Positions 23,201-36,500 of a stretch of DNA of 64,000 nt are shown here, piece after piece. A program made the translations under genes and the position numbers. Below the pieces are notes generated by a model. The model made no database searches and was not told where the DNA came from. It saw only the letters and a program-made list of their open reading frames with translations. The DNA comes from Flectonema sp. DT1601. Taxonomy: Eukaryota. Each line of letters opens with the position of its first letter. Within the stretch, counting starts at the first letter, position 1. The stretch lies in contig OZ025783.1 in assembly GCA_964019425.1 (NCBI GenBank), positions 682,001 through 746,000 of the forward strand. The letters are read 5' to 3'.

Positions 23201-26200
23201 GAAACAGAATAACTGCTATCGTGTTCAACTGTTTTTGATGCAACAACTACCTCCATGTCAAAGACCTGAATTGGGTCCTTTGTCAGCTTTATCACAATCA
23301 GACAGTCAACATGATGTTAATAGATCTCTGGTTCCATTAAATAAAAGTAAAACAGTTGTTACTCAACCAGTTTTAGAAATATCATGTACTGCTATTGGTG
23401 ACTCGTATGTAACATTACAATGGAAGAAAACTCCGAGGAGAAATGTTTGCGTGTCAGAAGGAAAGTTAGTAACTTATGAAGTCAAAGTAGTGGAAACTCA
23501 TGCAAGATGCACAACTGTGAGTGAAGTAACTCCAAACAATACAATGACGACATCGCTAGCTGTTATAAAAACAGTAAAATCATTACTACCAAAAACTTCA
23601 TATCAAATATCAGTCAGAAGAAAGCTTTACAACGGTCATTGGGGAGTGAGTTCAAATGTGATTGATATTCGTACACACGGAGTTCTAACTCCTCATTTTA
23701 TATCTATTTCAGAAGACCATCTCCGTCTCTCCTGGTCATTAGATATCGGAAAAGGATCAATCATTACTAGTAGTCAGAAGAACATCAACTTTCAAGTCCG
23801 TGCTGATCCTACCCGAAGAACTCCACATGAAACTGCTACAAAAACTGTGCAGACAGACTTCTCTGCGGTCAGTCTTAATCAGCTTACTCTTGGTAGGAAG
23901 AATTTAAATAAAGCTTCTTCTTTGATAAAAGAATATCATCTCACTGATGAGCAGCAACAATCAACTGAGGGTGTGATACTCACAGGATTATTACCCATGA
24001 CTAAATATCGAGTTACTGTTAGAACAGAACAGTCAAATGGTAAATGGGGATTATGGTCAAAACCGATGACGTGTATTACACTTCCGGCATTCTCAGTAAC
24101 CACTACCTCTGTTGGAACTGATTATGTATTGTTAAGATGGGGGAGAAGTATTCCAAATGAAAAAGATCAAACATCAACTGACATGTGTATCGTATCTCAC
24201 ACTGAAACAGAAATATCAATAAGGAAATCATCTGTTGCTAGACTGCGCAATCACACGACTAAAAGTACTGAAATAGATCCGGAAGAGAAGGAAGAACAAA
24301 AACCAGTTGAGTTACCTGAAAAAACAGAACCTGATGCTGTCCCGCAGGAACAACCAATTAAAGAAGATTCTCCTGTTGGACAATTAGAAGGAGATTGTGA
24401 AATAATAAAAGAAGGAAGTATTGGAGGAAGTTCTCATAGTGAAGAGAATGAATCGAAGGAGGTTGTGAAGGAAATTGAAGAAGCAAAACGTCGACCTGAA
24501 ATCAATCATTTACGAAAAGGAGGGAAAGCGAAGTCATTCAGGCATTCTGAGTGTTCTATGAGTAAGAGTCCCATGAAGAAGAATTTCCCAAGAACACTAA
24601 CTCACTTATCTCATTCTTTATTATCTCTCAAATCAATTAGCCCTGTTGCTAGAGGTAAGGTCTCTCCTCGATGGAAGAAATCTGTTGGCTATAAACTAGA
24701 TGACGGTAAACCTACAAAAAGTTTAAAAACTGGAAAAGTTACTCAACAAAGTGAGCCATCAACTCAATCTAAACAAAAGAAACTCTCAGCTGTTGAAGTC
24801 GGTGAGTCTAAAATAAAGACTAACGACATAGCAATGACTGCAGAACCAGAAAAAACAAACGAGTTGAGCATAACAGCTACTTCTATTGAAGTAAGTCTAA
24901 CCAACGTAGACGAAGATGAAAAACAGAACATCTTACCATCAGCTGCTACCAAACAGATCCCAACAATCAAATCAAACGACGTTATGTCACTTACTGAAGT
25001 AGATATTAGTGAGAAGGTAAACTCTGTTCCGACAACACCACGTACAATAAAGCTTCCTGTTGATGATAAGAACAGATCGATATTAATAAGTGAACTACGA
25101 GACAATACGACATACATATTCAGAACTAGACTACACTATCACTTTAACGCTGTTGGGAGTTGGTCAATACCTCTACAGGTAAAAACAATACCATCATGTA
25201 ATGCAGCAGTTAAGGCTGTTGGTGATGACTGGGTCCAGATATCACTTCACAGTGCTGTTCCGAATAGAGCATTTCAACTCCGAGTGTGTAAGATAACAAC
25301 TTCAATAGAAGAACCTCTCCTTATATCAACTGAAGACAATGATTTAAGAGTATCAAAGCTTCACTTTAATACCTCATATAATATATACGTTCGTAGTATT
25401 GATATTCATAATGTTCCTTCTCCTTGGTCAACGAAACCTTTATCATTTCAGACACATGCGACTGCTGAGATTGTAATATGTCACGTGACTGTTAGCTTTA
25501 TATCTTACGTATGTCCAGTAACTCCTTCTGCGGTGTGTTGGGAAATTATTGTTTATGAAACAGAATCTGGAAAGCAAATTCAGCAGCATCTTCATCAGGC
25601 ATCATCAAACCCTGAGTCGAATCTAAAAGGAAGATTAGTAAATCTCTCAGAAGACACTTCTTATAGTATAGTTGCTAGAGTTCTTAGAGATTCAACATGG
25701 GGGGCTTGGTCTCCTAAGATATTCGTACGAACACTGTGTTGCATATCTCACACAGTAGCGAGAGTAGGTCACGATTATGTTGAACTCAACTGGAGTAACG
25801 CAGATGAAAGCAATGCGGAAAGTTACATTAGAAGGGGAAAATGGCACAGCACTAGATCACAGCCTCTTATTGCACCACAACCACAACAGAGAATGGCTGC
25901 TTTAATTGAGTATTATGAGATTATTGCTGAACCAGTTAGTGAGGTGACGAATACAAAAAAGATTCATTTTCAACTGAGCAACAGTAGTACTGAACCAGAG
26001 GCAGTTCAACAAAATATTTCATTTGATACAACAGCAGTGAGAGACTTTAATGGAACCACCTCCAGTATGAGTGATGCTAATGCTACAGATGCAAGCTATA
26101 AGACTCCTTTCAGTTCTCCAAATGATGAAGTGTTAACACAAACAGCAATAGCGACGTTCCCTAAACTTCAAACAGTAGTTACAACAGTTCTTCAGGGTAA

Positions 26201-27416
26201 AACAACAGGTCTGATTCCTAATCTGGTTTCAGACTCTAATTATATTGTTAAGATTCGTGCTAAATATCATCACTACGGATATGGTTCGTTTTCAAGTGGA
26301 AAGTTAACAAAAACATTACAACCGATATCAGTAATTCCTGAAGTAGTTGGAGGTGACAACGCTCGATTCAAATGTATCAGTTCTGACCCGGAACGACTGA
26401 CGAGGACTTTTTATGTTCGTTTGAATGGCGGCGACTTAACATCAAAAGTACTCGTTTTTAATGAAAACATGCAAGAAGCTGTACTTGAGCTACTTACTTT
26501 ACAATTAAATACGATGTATGATATCACTATTAGAGAAAAACATTTTGGAGGGTGGAATCCACTTCACACGTTCTATACGAGACCTAAAGCACCATCAGTT
26601 GGAGAACTAGTTGAATGGAAAGGTCAAACAATATCATTCACAATAGGATTGCAGGTACCATTAGGAGATATGGTGTTTGGTGAAGACGTTCCGGAAGACT
26701 ACGTGTTCTCAGTTGAAATGAGAGGCGCTGGTTCTTCATGGAGACAAGTTCAACAGATTAAAGGAACTGGGAAAATCAGACTTTCAGTAGAGCATCACAT
26801 CACAACTTATCACTTTCGCGCCAGAGTCGCAAATCAAAAAGCCAACACCAGCAGCGTTTACGGTACTCAATTCTTGTGGTCAGAGTTTGGTGCTGCAGTT
26901 AATTTTAAAGAGCCACAGCGACCCAACTGCGTCGCAGCTCTGCGAGTTCAATTTCTTAAAACCACAACAGCTACCATTGTATGGGATAAACCTCTTAATC
27001 ATGCAATCCAATATGATATCCATTATCAAGTATTTACAGCTGAATCAAGTGATGGTGACTGTAAGTGGGTACCTCGAGGTAAATCTCTAACTAATTCATT
27101 TAATATGACTGGCTTGTTGGGTAATACTTGTTATAGGGTTTGTGTCCAAGCTGATTCTGCTTTTGGTCGTAGTGTGAAGTCGTCAATATTAACATTTACT
27201 ACAATAATTGATACTTCGAATAGTAAGCATTTTACTCTTAGGGATCGTCGTCGTAGGCCTAAGAATACGAATAGTTCAATACAGAGAGCTGTTGAAGGAA
27301 AGAATACAACTTCTCGAAAAGCTCAAAAGAAAGCAGTGGAAGGACTTCCTGCTGATGAAAGTGGAATACGATTACCTGATGTTGACCTCATCGATGCTCT
27401 TCATGCTACTCAATAA
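20277..27416 (+). CDS. Giant tandem fibronectin type III repeat protein, ~2334 aa, 3 exons
   Basis: Exons 20277-21543, 21614-21910, 21976-27416 (two phase-1 GT-AG introns). Repeated FN3 signatures such as W...LxPxTxYxxxVR...WGxWS (LQPECHYWVKVR, LTPNTVYSIQLR, LLPKTSYQISVR, LLPMTKYRVTVR, LSEDTSYSIVAR). No signal peptide or TM helix evident. Confidence 0.85.
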
Positions 27417-27599
27417 GTGAACGAACGCTCATCGAAATCATTTACACGACGTTTTTTTTTTTTTTTTTTTTTTGTATTCAAATCGTCATAGTCAAAGTCT
27501 TCAGTTATATAACTGTTTCTACAGTTTATCTTGTGTCAACAACAAGTATTCATCGGAAAACAGTTATTATATTTGTTATTTTCTTTTTTTCAGAAACCA

Positions 27600-30500
27600 A
27601 TGAGACGGCAGCAGGTGACGGAATGATTATCTCTGCTATTGTTTTGGTATTTAATCTTTATTATATAACAGGTTGAAGGTGGTAGATTAAGGATGCCTCT
27701 CGGGGATCAGGGCTTCCGTGCCCTTCCACCATCATTAGATCCGAGACTGAATAATGGAAATTCTCCTGAAAGAAATCCCTCATCTCCGACGCTTGCGAGT
27801 TCAAAAGCCAGAGTAGCGCTTGAAAACTTGAGGACATCAATGTACCAACAGGGAAGTAGTCAACCGACGATACTAACACCTCGTGATAGAGAACCGCTTA
27901 TAACACCTAATACAATGGGAAGCATATCTAGTTTTAGTGAACAAAAAAGTTCTTATGATGGTAATAACAATGGTGTGTATTTTATTTTATATTTTAATTA
28001 TTCCCTTTTTTTAAAAAAACCACTGTTTAAACAAGAATATATCGATAAAAAAAAACGAAAAAAAAAAAAAAAAACAGCTGAAGTAGGACGCTTATCTCAT
28101 ATTATATTGCAACACCAAGAGAGCATTGATCGTCTTAGTGCTCAAAAACATGACATTGAAGATCAGCTATCCGGGTACAGAGTTAAATATGATGAGTGTG
28201 AAACATCAAATACAATGTTACTGGAGAAGATAGAGTCACTAACTAGGTTAATGCATGAGGTGTGTTATTTGTGAGTGTTTTGGTTGGTTACTTCTTCCCT
28301 ATCAAGAAATATTTCTTAAAAAAAAAACAACAACAGGTTCGAGACGACATGGTTTCCGTAGAAGAGAAAAACCAACACCTCAACGCGATGAACCACAACC
28401 TTATGAATGAACTAGAAACTCTTACACAAGAGAACACTCGTCTTAAAGAGCTTCACAGAGAAGAGTTGAATCAAATTGACGGGGTCTTGAAAGCTGTTCA
28501 AGAGTCGAAAAATGAAGAAATCAACCACCTCAGATCAGAGCTCCTCCAAGCTGCAGAAATACAAAATATTAAAGACAGTACTGAAGAGCAGTTGAAGACT
28601 ATAACCGAAAGGTTTTCTGCCATGGCTGCTCACCAGGAAGAGTTAAAACATTGCGCGTTGGCATTTCAAGAAGCTGGTGGACGTAGTCTGATTGACTATG
28701 ATTATCAGTTAACGAGAAATCACTTTCTTAGTATCACTAATACCACTGCAATGAAATCAATCGCTTCCCTTTCTAGTAGTTTAGCAGATAGTCAATTGTT
28801 AAGTCTCGAAACAGATGAACAATTCCAACGTCAAAAGCTATTCACAATCTACTGTACAGGACTATTAAATCTAACTTCCGCACGTGATGACCGTGTGATA
28901 GGAACTACTCGCTCCTTTACAGCTGGGAAGTTGTTATACTTTGAGCACCAAACAGTTCTTCAAAGATATCTACTCCGATGGTTATCAAAGACTCACAAAG
29001 GTTATAAAGAAAATAAACAGCTACAACTCCAACAGCTATCAATGCAAAGTATTGATTATGCTGCTGCAAAGGAGCAGCTTACATTGTTGGAGACGACGCA
29101 TAGTCAAATTTCTGAAAAAAATAAATCATTGCAAGTTTCAGCTGCGGAACACTCGCAACGGCAGCAAGCTCTGCTAAGAGATTTAGATGTAGCAAATACG
29201 AAGAATAAAGTTATCCAGCAACAACTGGAAGAGGTAAGTGAGAAAGCCAAAGAAGTTGAAGCCAGTAAAGTCTACGCAAAATATTTAGAACAGAAGATTA
29301 GTGACGATGATGATCAGAAGGTTTCTTTAGAGAAGAGTGAAAAGGATGTGAAACAGCTATCTGAACAACTCTCAAGTCGAAGTAAAGAACTTCAAATAAG
29401 TGAACAACAACTACGTGATACATCTGATAAATTAATTATAGCGGAGGCTTCATCAGAAAAAGACACCCAACGACTGGCTGAACTAGAGCTTCGCACAACT
29501 CAACTCTCTCAGAATTGCACTGAATTAGAAATAACAAATAAAGATCTACAAGCAAATAGCACATCAATAAATGCTAAACTTCGTCAACATGAAACTCTAG
29601 AAGATGATCACAAATCTTTAATTGAAAGTAACGCAACAGTTTGTATTGAAAACCAATCACTAAAAGGAAAGATTACTAACTTAGAAAACCAACTGTTGTC
29701 ACAACAGTCCAGAAGTGAAGATCTACAACAACAGTTGTCAGATACAATAGAAATGGACACGACAATACAATCACTCTCTGGTCAGTTATCAACAACTGGA
29801 GGTCAACTAGCTGCTCTTAGAAAACAATCTCAGGTTTCGAATGATAAACTTCGTGACGCTGAGGATGAGATTTCTCAATTGGAAGATGACAAGATAAGAT
29901 CCAACTCCACCATTCACACCCTCCAAAGTAAATTAAAAACAACAGAGAGTCACTTGGCGTCATTAAAACAACAATCGCAGCAATCTGAAGACAAAACCCG
30001 CGACTCTGACGAAAAGCTTACCAAAGCCGAAGGAGTCATCTCAACACAGAAATTGGAACTTGAGAACCTTCAGAATGAAATTAATTCCTGTGAAGCACAG
30101 TGGGCCTTGGCTAAGAAAGAAGCTGCTGCGGCAACGGATCGACTCCACGCGACAGAAGAGAAGTCTTTAGCTGCTGAATCAGAAGGATCAGAAGCAAAGA
30201 TAAAGAATCAAAAATTACAACAAGAAACTACAGAGTTAAAGATTACCTTAGACAGGACTGAAAGGGAAGCTGAAGGACTTCGTAGAGAAAATGAAGTAAT
30301 CAGACGACAGGTCTCTGACGTTACTCGAAAGAATCAACGGATTGACGAAGACCTCACCGACACAACAAAACAATTGACATCTCTACAAAAGAGATGCGAT
30401 ACTGCAGAAGATGTTGCTGATGACTCAACTCGATCGATGTCAACACTGAGAGAACAGTTAGTGAATGCTGAAGATGACACATTTCAATTACGTAAATCTC

Positions 30501-33500
30501 GCAATGAATATAAACAATGCTGTCAACAAATTCAACACGATCTTGATCTTGATGACTCACCACTACCAACAGTAGTTTATCAAGTTAATTCATATCGTCA
30601 AACCTGTCTTCAGATTCAACGACTTCTGGGACTTGAACCTGTCAGAGGTAGTAGTAAGTCACCAAGTCTTTCACTCGATGTTACGGAAACTATGTCAGAA
30701 AGATCAACTTCACCTTCAATAAGATGGAGTAGACCTCCTTTACCTGATTTAGTTGCTGGTGTTTCTAATTTACAGCATTTGAGAACTGACTTAATTAGAA
30801 TCTTTTCACTTCTTGGATCAGGTGAAGTAACCAACAGCGACATTCTCACGAGAGCAGAACACTTGAGTAACGCAAGTCACGACCTTTTACTTGAAATGGG
30901 AATACCTTCAACTACTCTGTCAGACTTTGATCAATCAGATGAACTCCCATTACAAAGTCTTGTTGATGCTGTTGTTCTTCAAAGAGAAATGTGTGATAAG
31001 ATTTGTAAGTCATTTGGGTATTCAGGAGATCCCGAAACGTTAGACACAATTATCGAACAGCTCACTACCCAACACTCAACCTGTCAGGCAATGCAAAGGG
31101 AGCTAGGTCTGACCGTCTCTTCAGATGTGACGGAATTACGTGAGGTCGTAACCGCACAAAATAATTTATACACCGAGCTGGAGAGAGCAGAAGACGATCC
31201 ACAGCAACCCACTAATGAAACAGCAGCGCAACTTCGAAAGAATTACACAAAATATAAAGATCTTCACGACGGTATCATGAACCTCATCCCACCAGAACAA
31301 CAACAAGATTTATTATACGCTACTGAAAGAAGTATGAGACGATTAAAAGAACTTGAAGCAGCTATTGAGTACCTGAGTGGTGCGGTTGGGGCGACTTCAA
31401 CAGCAGACTTAAAACAAATCGTCTCCGCACAGCAGGCAATATGTTCAGCATTAGAAGGAGACAGTGATGCTTCCCAAACAGGTGACTTACTATTGAAGGT
31501 AAAGTCTCAGCTTCTAATAATTGAGGAACTGAAGTCGGATTTGGACGCAAAATCGCTATTTGACTTGAGACAACAAAGTCTGGCTCAGAGAAGAATAATT
31601 TCAGCTATTACTGAAAATAGTGGACTGGATAAGTCTGAAATATCAGATTTGAAATCAGTTTACGAAACCGTTCAAGACCAACAACGTGCCTTACGCAATC
31701 TTCAAACAAAGCTTAATGCTCCGACAGTGAAAGATCTACACGAGAAAGTCATCGCTCAGCAAGACATAATCTCATTACTTGATAAGGACACTGTTGGTGA
31801 TTCTAGTATTGAATCATTAAAGATATTAACGAACTCTTTAAAAGCCGATCAAGCAGCGATCGAAAGAATGAAATCCAACTTGAACGCGAAATCAATATCA
31901 GAACTGGAAGCGAAGATTGAAACATTGCAATCAACTCTGCTGGCTGTGGGAGAGGGGAATTCTATTGATGATTCTGTTAATACTTTACAACATCAGAGTG
32001 ATGTCATAAAGTCATTACAACAACTAACAGATTGCAGTGATGTTTCTTTAATGGAACAACAGGTAGCTACTCAACAACAGTTAGTGTCAGAATTACAAAA
32101 GGAACTAGCCATCGATGACAAAGAAAACATTCACACTACAGTTACAGATCAACAAAACTTCATAAACTCACTGAAGGAACAGTTCGGAACTGAAACTCTG
32201 TCGGAAACAGCCGCAGCAATTAGAACGCAACACGATAATGTTCAGAGTATCAAAAGTGAAGTTGGGGTAGAATCTTTGTCTGGAGCTACATCTCAACTAC
32301 AACAACAACAAGAAGTTCTTAGTTATTTAAAAGATAAATATTCAGTCTCTGACTTACCATCTCTTCAAGAACACCTCGAAAACGAACGACAAACACTTCA
32401 GCAGTACAGCGATCGTCTGGGTACCAAATCCAGTTTATCTGAAGTAGTAGCGGAACTTGATAAAAGTGAATCAGTTCTTTCAATTATTCAAAAAGAACTT
32501 GAGATTGAATCTCCAACAGAAGTTATTTCACAAGTCGAAGACTATCATAAGTTTGTAAAATCATTAATGGACAGACATGGTGTGAAGGACTTACCTGCCT
32601 TAGTTAATGTTCTTGAAGACCAACACAGTGCTATTGAGAAACTAAAAACTAATCTTTTCTCAACCAACAGTGACAGTGAGTTACAACAAGACCAACCTTC
32701 TCTAACTTCTCTTGTCGACTCGTTAGTTGCACAGAACTCTTCTCTCACATCAATTCAGAAACAGCTTGCGGTGAAATCTCCTGAAGAAGCCCTCGCTGTA
32801 GCTGAACAACAACTGTCAGTTATCAGTTCATTGTTAGCAACCACAGACTCAGTTAGTCCAGAAGACCTCCCATCTATCCTTTCATCAAAGAGTAATATAT
32901 TACAACAATTACGAAGTTCTATTGGAGTTGATAATGATGATGACCTTCTTGAGAAAGTTAACGATTTGAATAATGTGTTGAGCTCTAGTGGTAAAGGTTT
33001 CACAGAAGCAGTGGATGGGGTTCGGGAAAATCAGCAACTTATTGAGAAGTTGAAGAGAACTGTAGGAACAACTTCTGATGATGATCTACTTGAAAATGTT
33101 CAGCAACTGAAGGAAGCATTCGAAGTGTTGGGAAACAACAATGAAGAGGACAACGATATATCAAAAGCAGTAACAACAGCCAGAGATAAACAGCAACTCC
33201 TGAATCAGATTCGTGACAAACTCGATATCAATAATGACTCAGATATACTTCCACAATTACAACATCTAACAGCATCAACTAATAACCAATCTAATGTATT
33301 GACAGTCTTACAGGAAGCTCTCAACGTCAATGACACTTCAGAACTACTTGAGAAAGCAGCAGAAATGAAGAAGGCTCACGACGAACTGCAACTACTTTAC
33401 GATGAGTCGAAAACACCATTTGAGGTGTTGGAATCGATAAAAGATCAAAAGGACGTTATTTCAAATTTAAAAAACAATCTTAACGCGGAAACAGACAGCG

Positions 33501-36500
33501 ATCTAATTGCCACTGTACTGGAACAGCGAGAAATATGTAACCAGTTAATACAAAGTTATGGCAACGATGATCTACACAAAGTGGTAGAAGAAAGTCAAGT
33601 ATGCAAAGAATTCACTAATGAACTGCAAAGTCTACTTCAAACAACTGATTTACCACTTTTATGTGAGCAATATGCAGCCTTGACTGATATTCTTCAGAAA
33701 TATGAATGCGATCCGTCAAATCTTTCTGACTTATCAAGAGTCGTATCAGATTCAATTTCACACAAAGATCTCAACGATACTCTACAAGAGTTACTGTCTG
33801 CAACATCACCGTCAGCAATCATTGATACAATAAAAAAACTGATTCAAGCAGAACAAGAAAACGAAGAAGTCCAACAGGTGGTTAGGAGAGAAACAACAAT
33901 TCACTCACCGCAGGATACTGAAGCATCTGAAAAAAGTGTTGCGGAACTGGTATCAAAATCCTACAGAAGAATTAGAGAGCTAGAAGCTGAAGCAAAGGAT
34001 GTCAGTAAAATAGCGAACGCGAATCACGCTGATATTCAACAGATTGGAGGAAGTGTTAGTGAATTGGTTCAGAGTTTGTATGATCAGATAACTGAATTAC
34101 AAAAACAAGTTGAAGGAGGAAATGATGAAGTCAGTCGTCTTCTTGACATCATAGAACGTCTCGAGGCGAGGTTTTCAGCTCTTCAAGTAGAATCTCAGGG
34201 ATATTGTGATGAGATTGCTCAGTTGAATGAAAAGGTGTCGGGTTCTCATAGAGTAAAGATAGATGAACCAGACACCTCTCTCAGTTACTTACAAAAGGAA
34301 CTCGCAGACCTCACAAGTCGACGTTCTAGTGAGGCATCATTCGATTCTATGGATCCGATATATCAAAGTACGACTATGTTATCATTTAGAATGCCAACAC
34401 CACTCTCTGGAAGAATCTCTTTAGATAGCGTCTTTGACGGCAGAACAATGTCCCTTCGCGACAAACTATTTGACGATGTTTTAGCCCAACCGCCTTCAAC
34501 AGCATCGTCACTGTCTCCTGCTGATCAAAAGATGATAAGAGATATCGAACATGAGTACATGTCAAAGGAAGCGAAGTATCAAGCAAAGATATCGGCTCTG
34601 GAACTAACCGTCGGTGCTCTTGAAACTGCAAATATCGGAATCCCTTCACCAGACCAGGGCGGGGGTTCTAAGAAACGTGATGCGGCCATCAGACGTTTGG
34701 AGAGTGAAGTTGAAAGTTATATTTCGAAAATTGCAAAATTAGAAATGAAGATTGTGAAGCTGGAAAAAACGAAGAAAAATAAAAGCGGTGAAGAAACTAA
34801 ATCAGACAAGGAGCCTGTCACACTCTTACAAGTTGATCACTTGGAAAAGACAACACCGCAGATTGACTTCAGTAATAGACCTTCAGATGAGAAACAATTA
34901 TTTAATCAGCTGCAAGCAGAGCTGGAAGGGTCCAGCAGCTCTGACTCAGAACAAATATCACAAACTGCGATATTTAAAACTAGAATTGCTTGTCTACAAG
35001 ATGTTATATCAGAGAAGAATGCCTTTATTACGGACTTAGAAATCGATTCACAGACAACAGATGGAAGAATTAGATCACTTGAACATGAAATTCAAGAACG
35101 TCTGCTCCACACGGATAAGATTCCTGATGCTAATACAGTCACAATAGCTGAATTACTTTTACAAATAAAAGAAAAAGATTCTTTGATTGAAACTCTCAGA
35201 TTAGATATTGTAGAGCTCAACAAACGACTGGATGTTAATGAAGCTTTTCTTCATGGCTCTACTCCTCAAGTAACCGACATAACAAGTCTTCATACGATTC
35301 TTAACGAGAAGGAAGCTTATATTAAATCACTTGAATCAGAAGTTGCTTCTATTAAAGATACTGACGCTAACCAAAGCAATGAGTCACTGCAGCAACTTTT
35401 ATCAGAAAAAGATTCTCACATCAATTCGTTACAACAGCTGCTGGACGATAATTCTGGGAAACCGACCTCTGAAGATTCTGTTTTAATTAATAAAATAAAA
35501 GAATTAAATGAAAAGTCAGCTACTGAAAGTCGTAATGCCGCTATAAAGATTGCTCAGTTGGAGGCAGAGTTGCAGCCGATTGCGGACGTTGATGATCAGC
35601 GTCGCGATCAAATTATTAAAATTGCAACTCTCGAGACAAAAGATGCAGCACAACAGGAAGCTATTGAGTCTTTGAAGAAGACTATCGAAGAACAACATCC
35701 TTTAAAATTAAGAATATCAGAACTTGAGTCTACAGAAGCAGCACAACAAGTAGAAATCCAATCCTTGCAAGACACTCTCACCACTGCTAAAGAAGAAACT
35801 AATGATGCAACGGGTAAGGTCACTCAACTCGAAGAGGAAAGTGAGTTATTGAAACAGAAAATAAAACTTTTATTTAAACAACAGAACACACTCCAGGAAC
35901 AGGATGATATTGAATTACTGAGGGAAACCAGCAGAAATAAATCAAATCGCATCCAGGTCTTGGAAGCCAAGGTGTCTGAATTACTATCTTCCAATGAGGA
36001 ATTGGCTCCAACACAACAGAAATACGAACAGGCCAGAGAAGAGTTGCTTTCAGCACGAGAACAGCTTCCGATTCTAGAAACCTTACAACAGTTATTACAG
36101 ACGACATCTGGTAGTATTGTTTCTCAAGTTCAGGAGTTAGTAAATGAACAACAGCAACGACAAAATCTAAACGTATCAATATCGACAGTGATGTCAACTG
36201 AGGAGGAATTATCCTCAAAAATAAAAGACATGGAAACCGAAATGGACATCCTACAGGCGGATAAAATGACACTTCGAAAACTAGAAAATGAAAACGATCG
36301 CTATGAAGCAAAAATAACGACGTTGGCAACGACGTGTGAAGATCTACAAGCGGACCTTTCACAACAAAAGGCAGAGACGAGTATATACAGTAACGAACTT
36401 CAGGAAGTTAGTCAGAAATACTCAAAAGCAGATGAAGCACTTCGATCACTGCGAGGAGGAGCCTTAAAAGCCGATGCAGCAACAGCTGCTGTTCGTCAAC

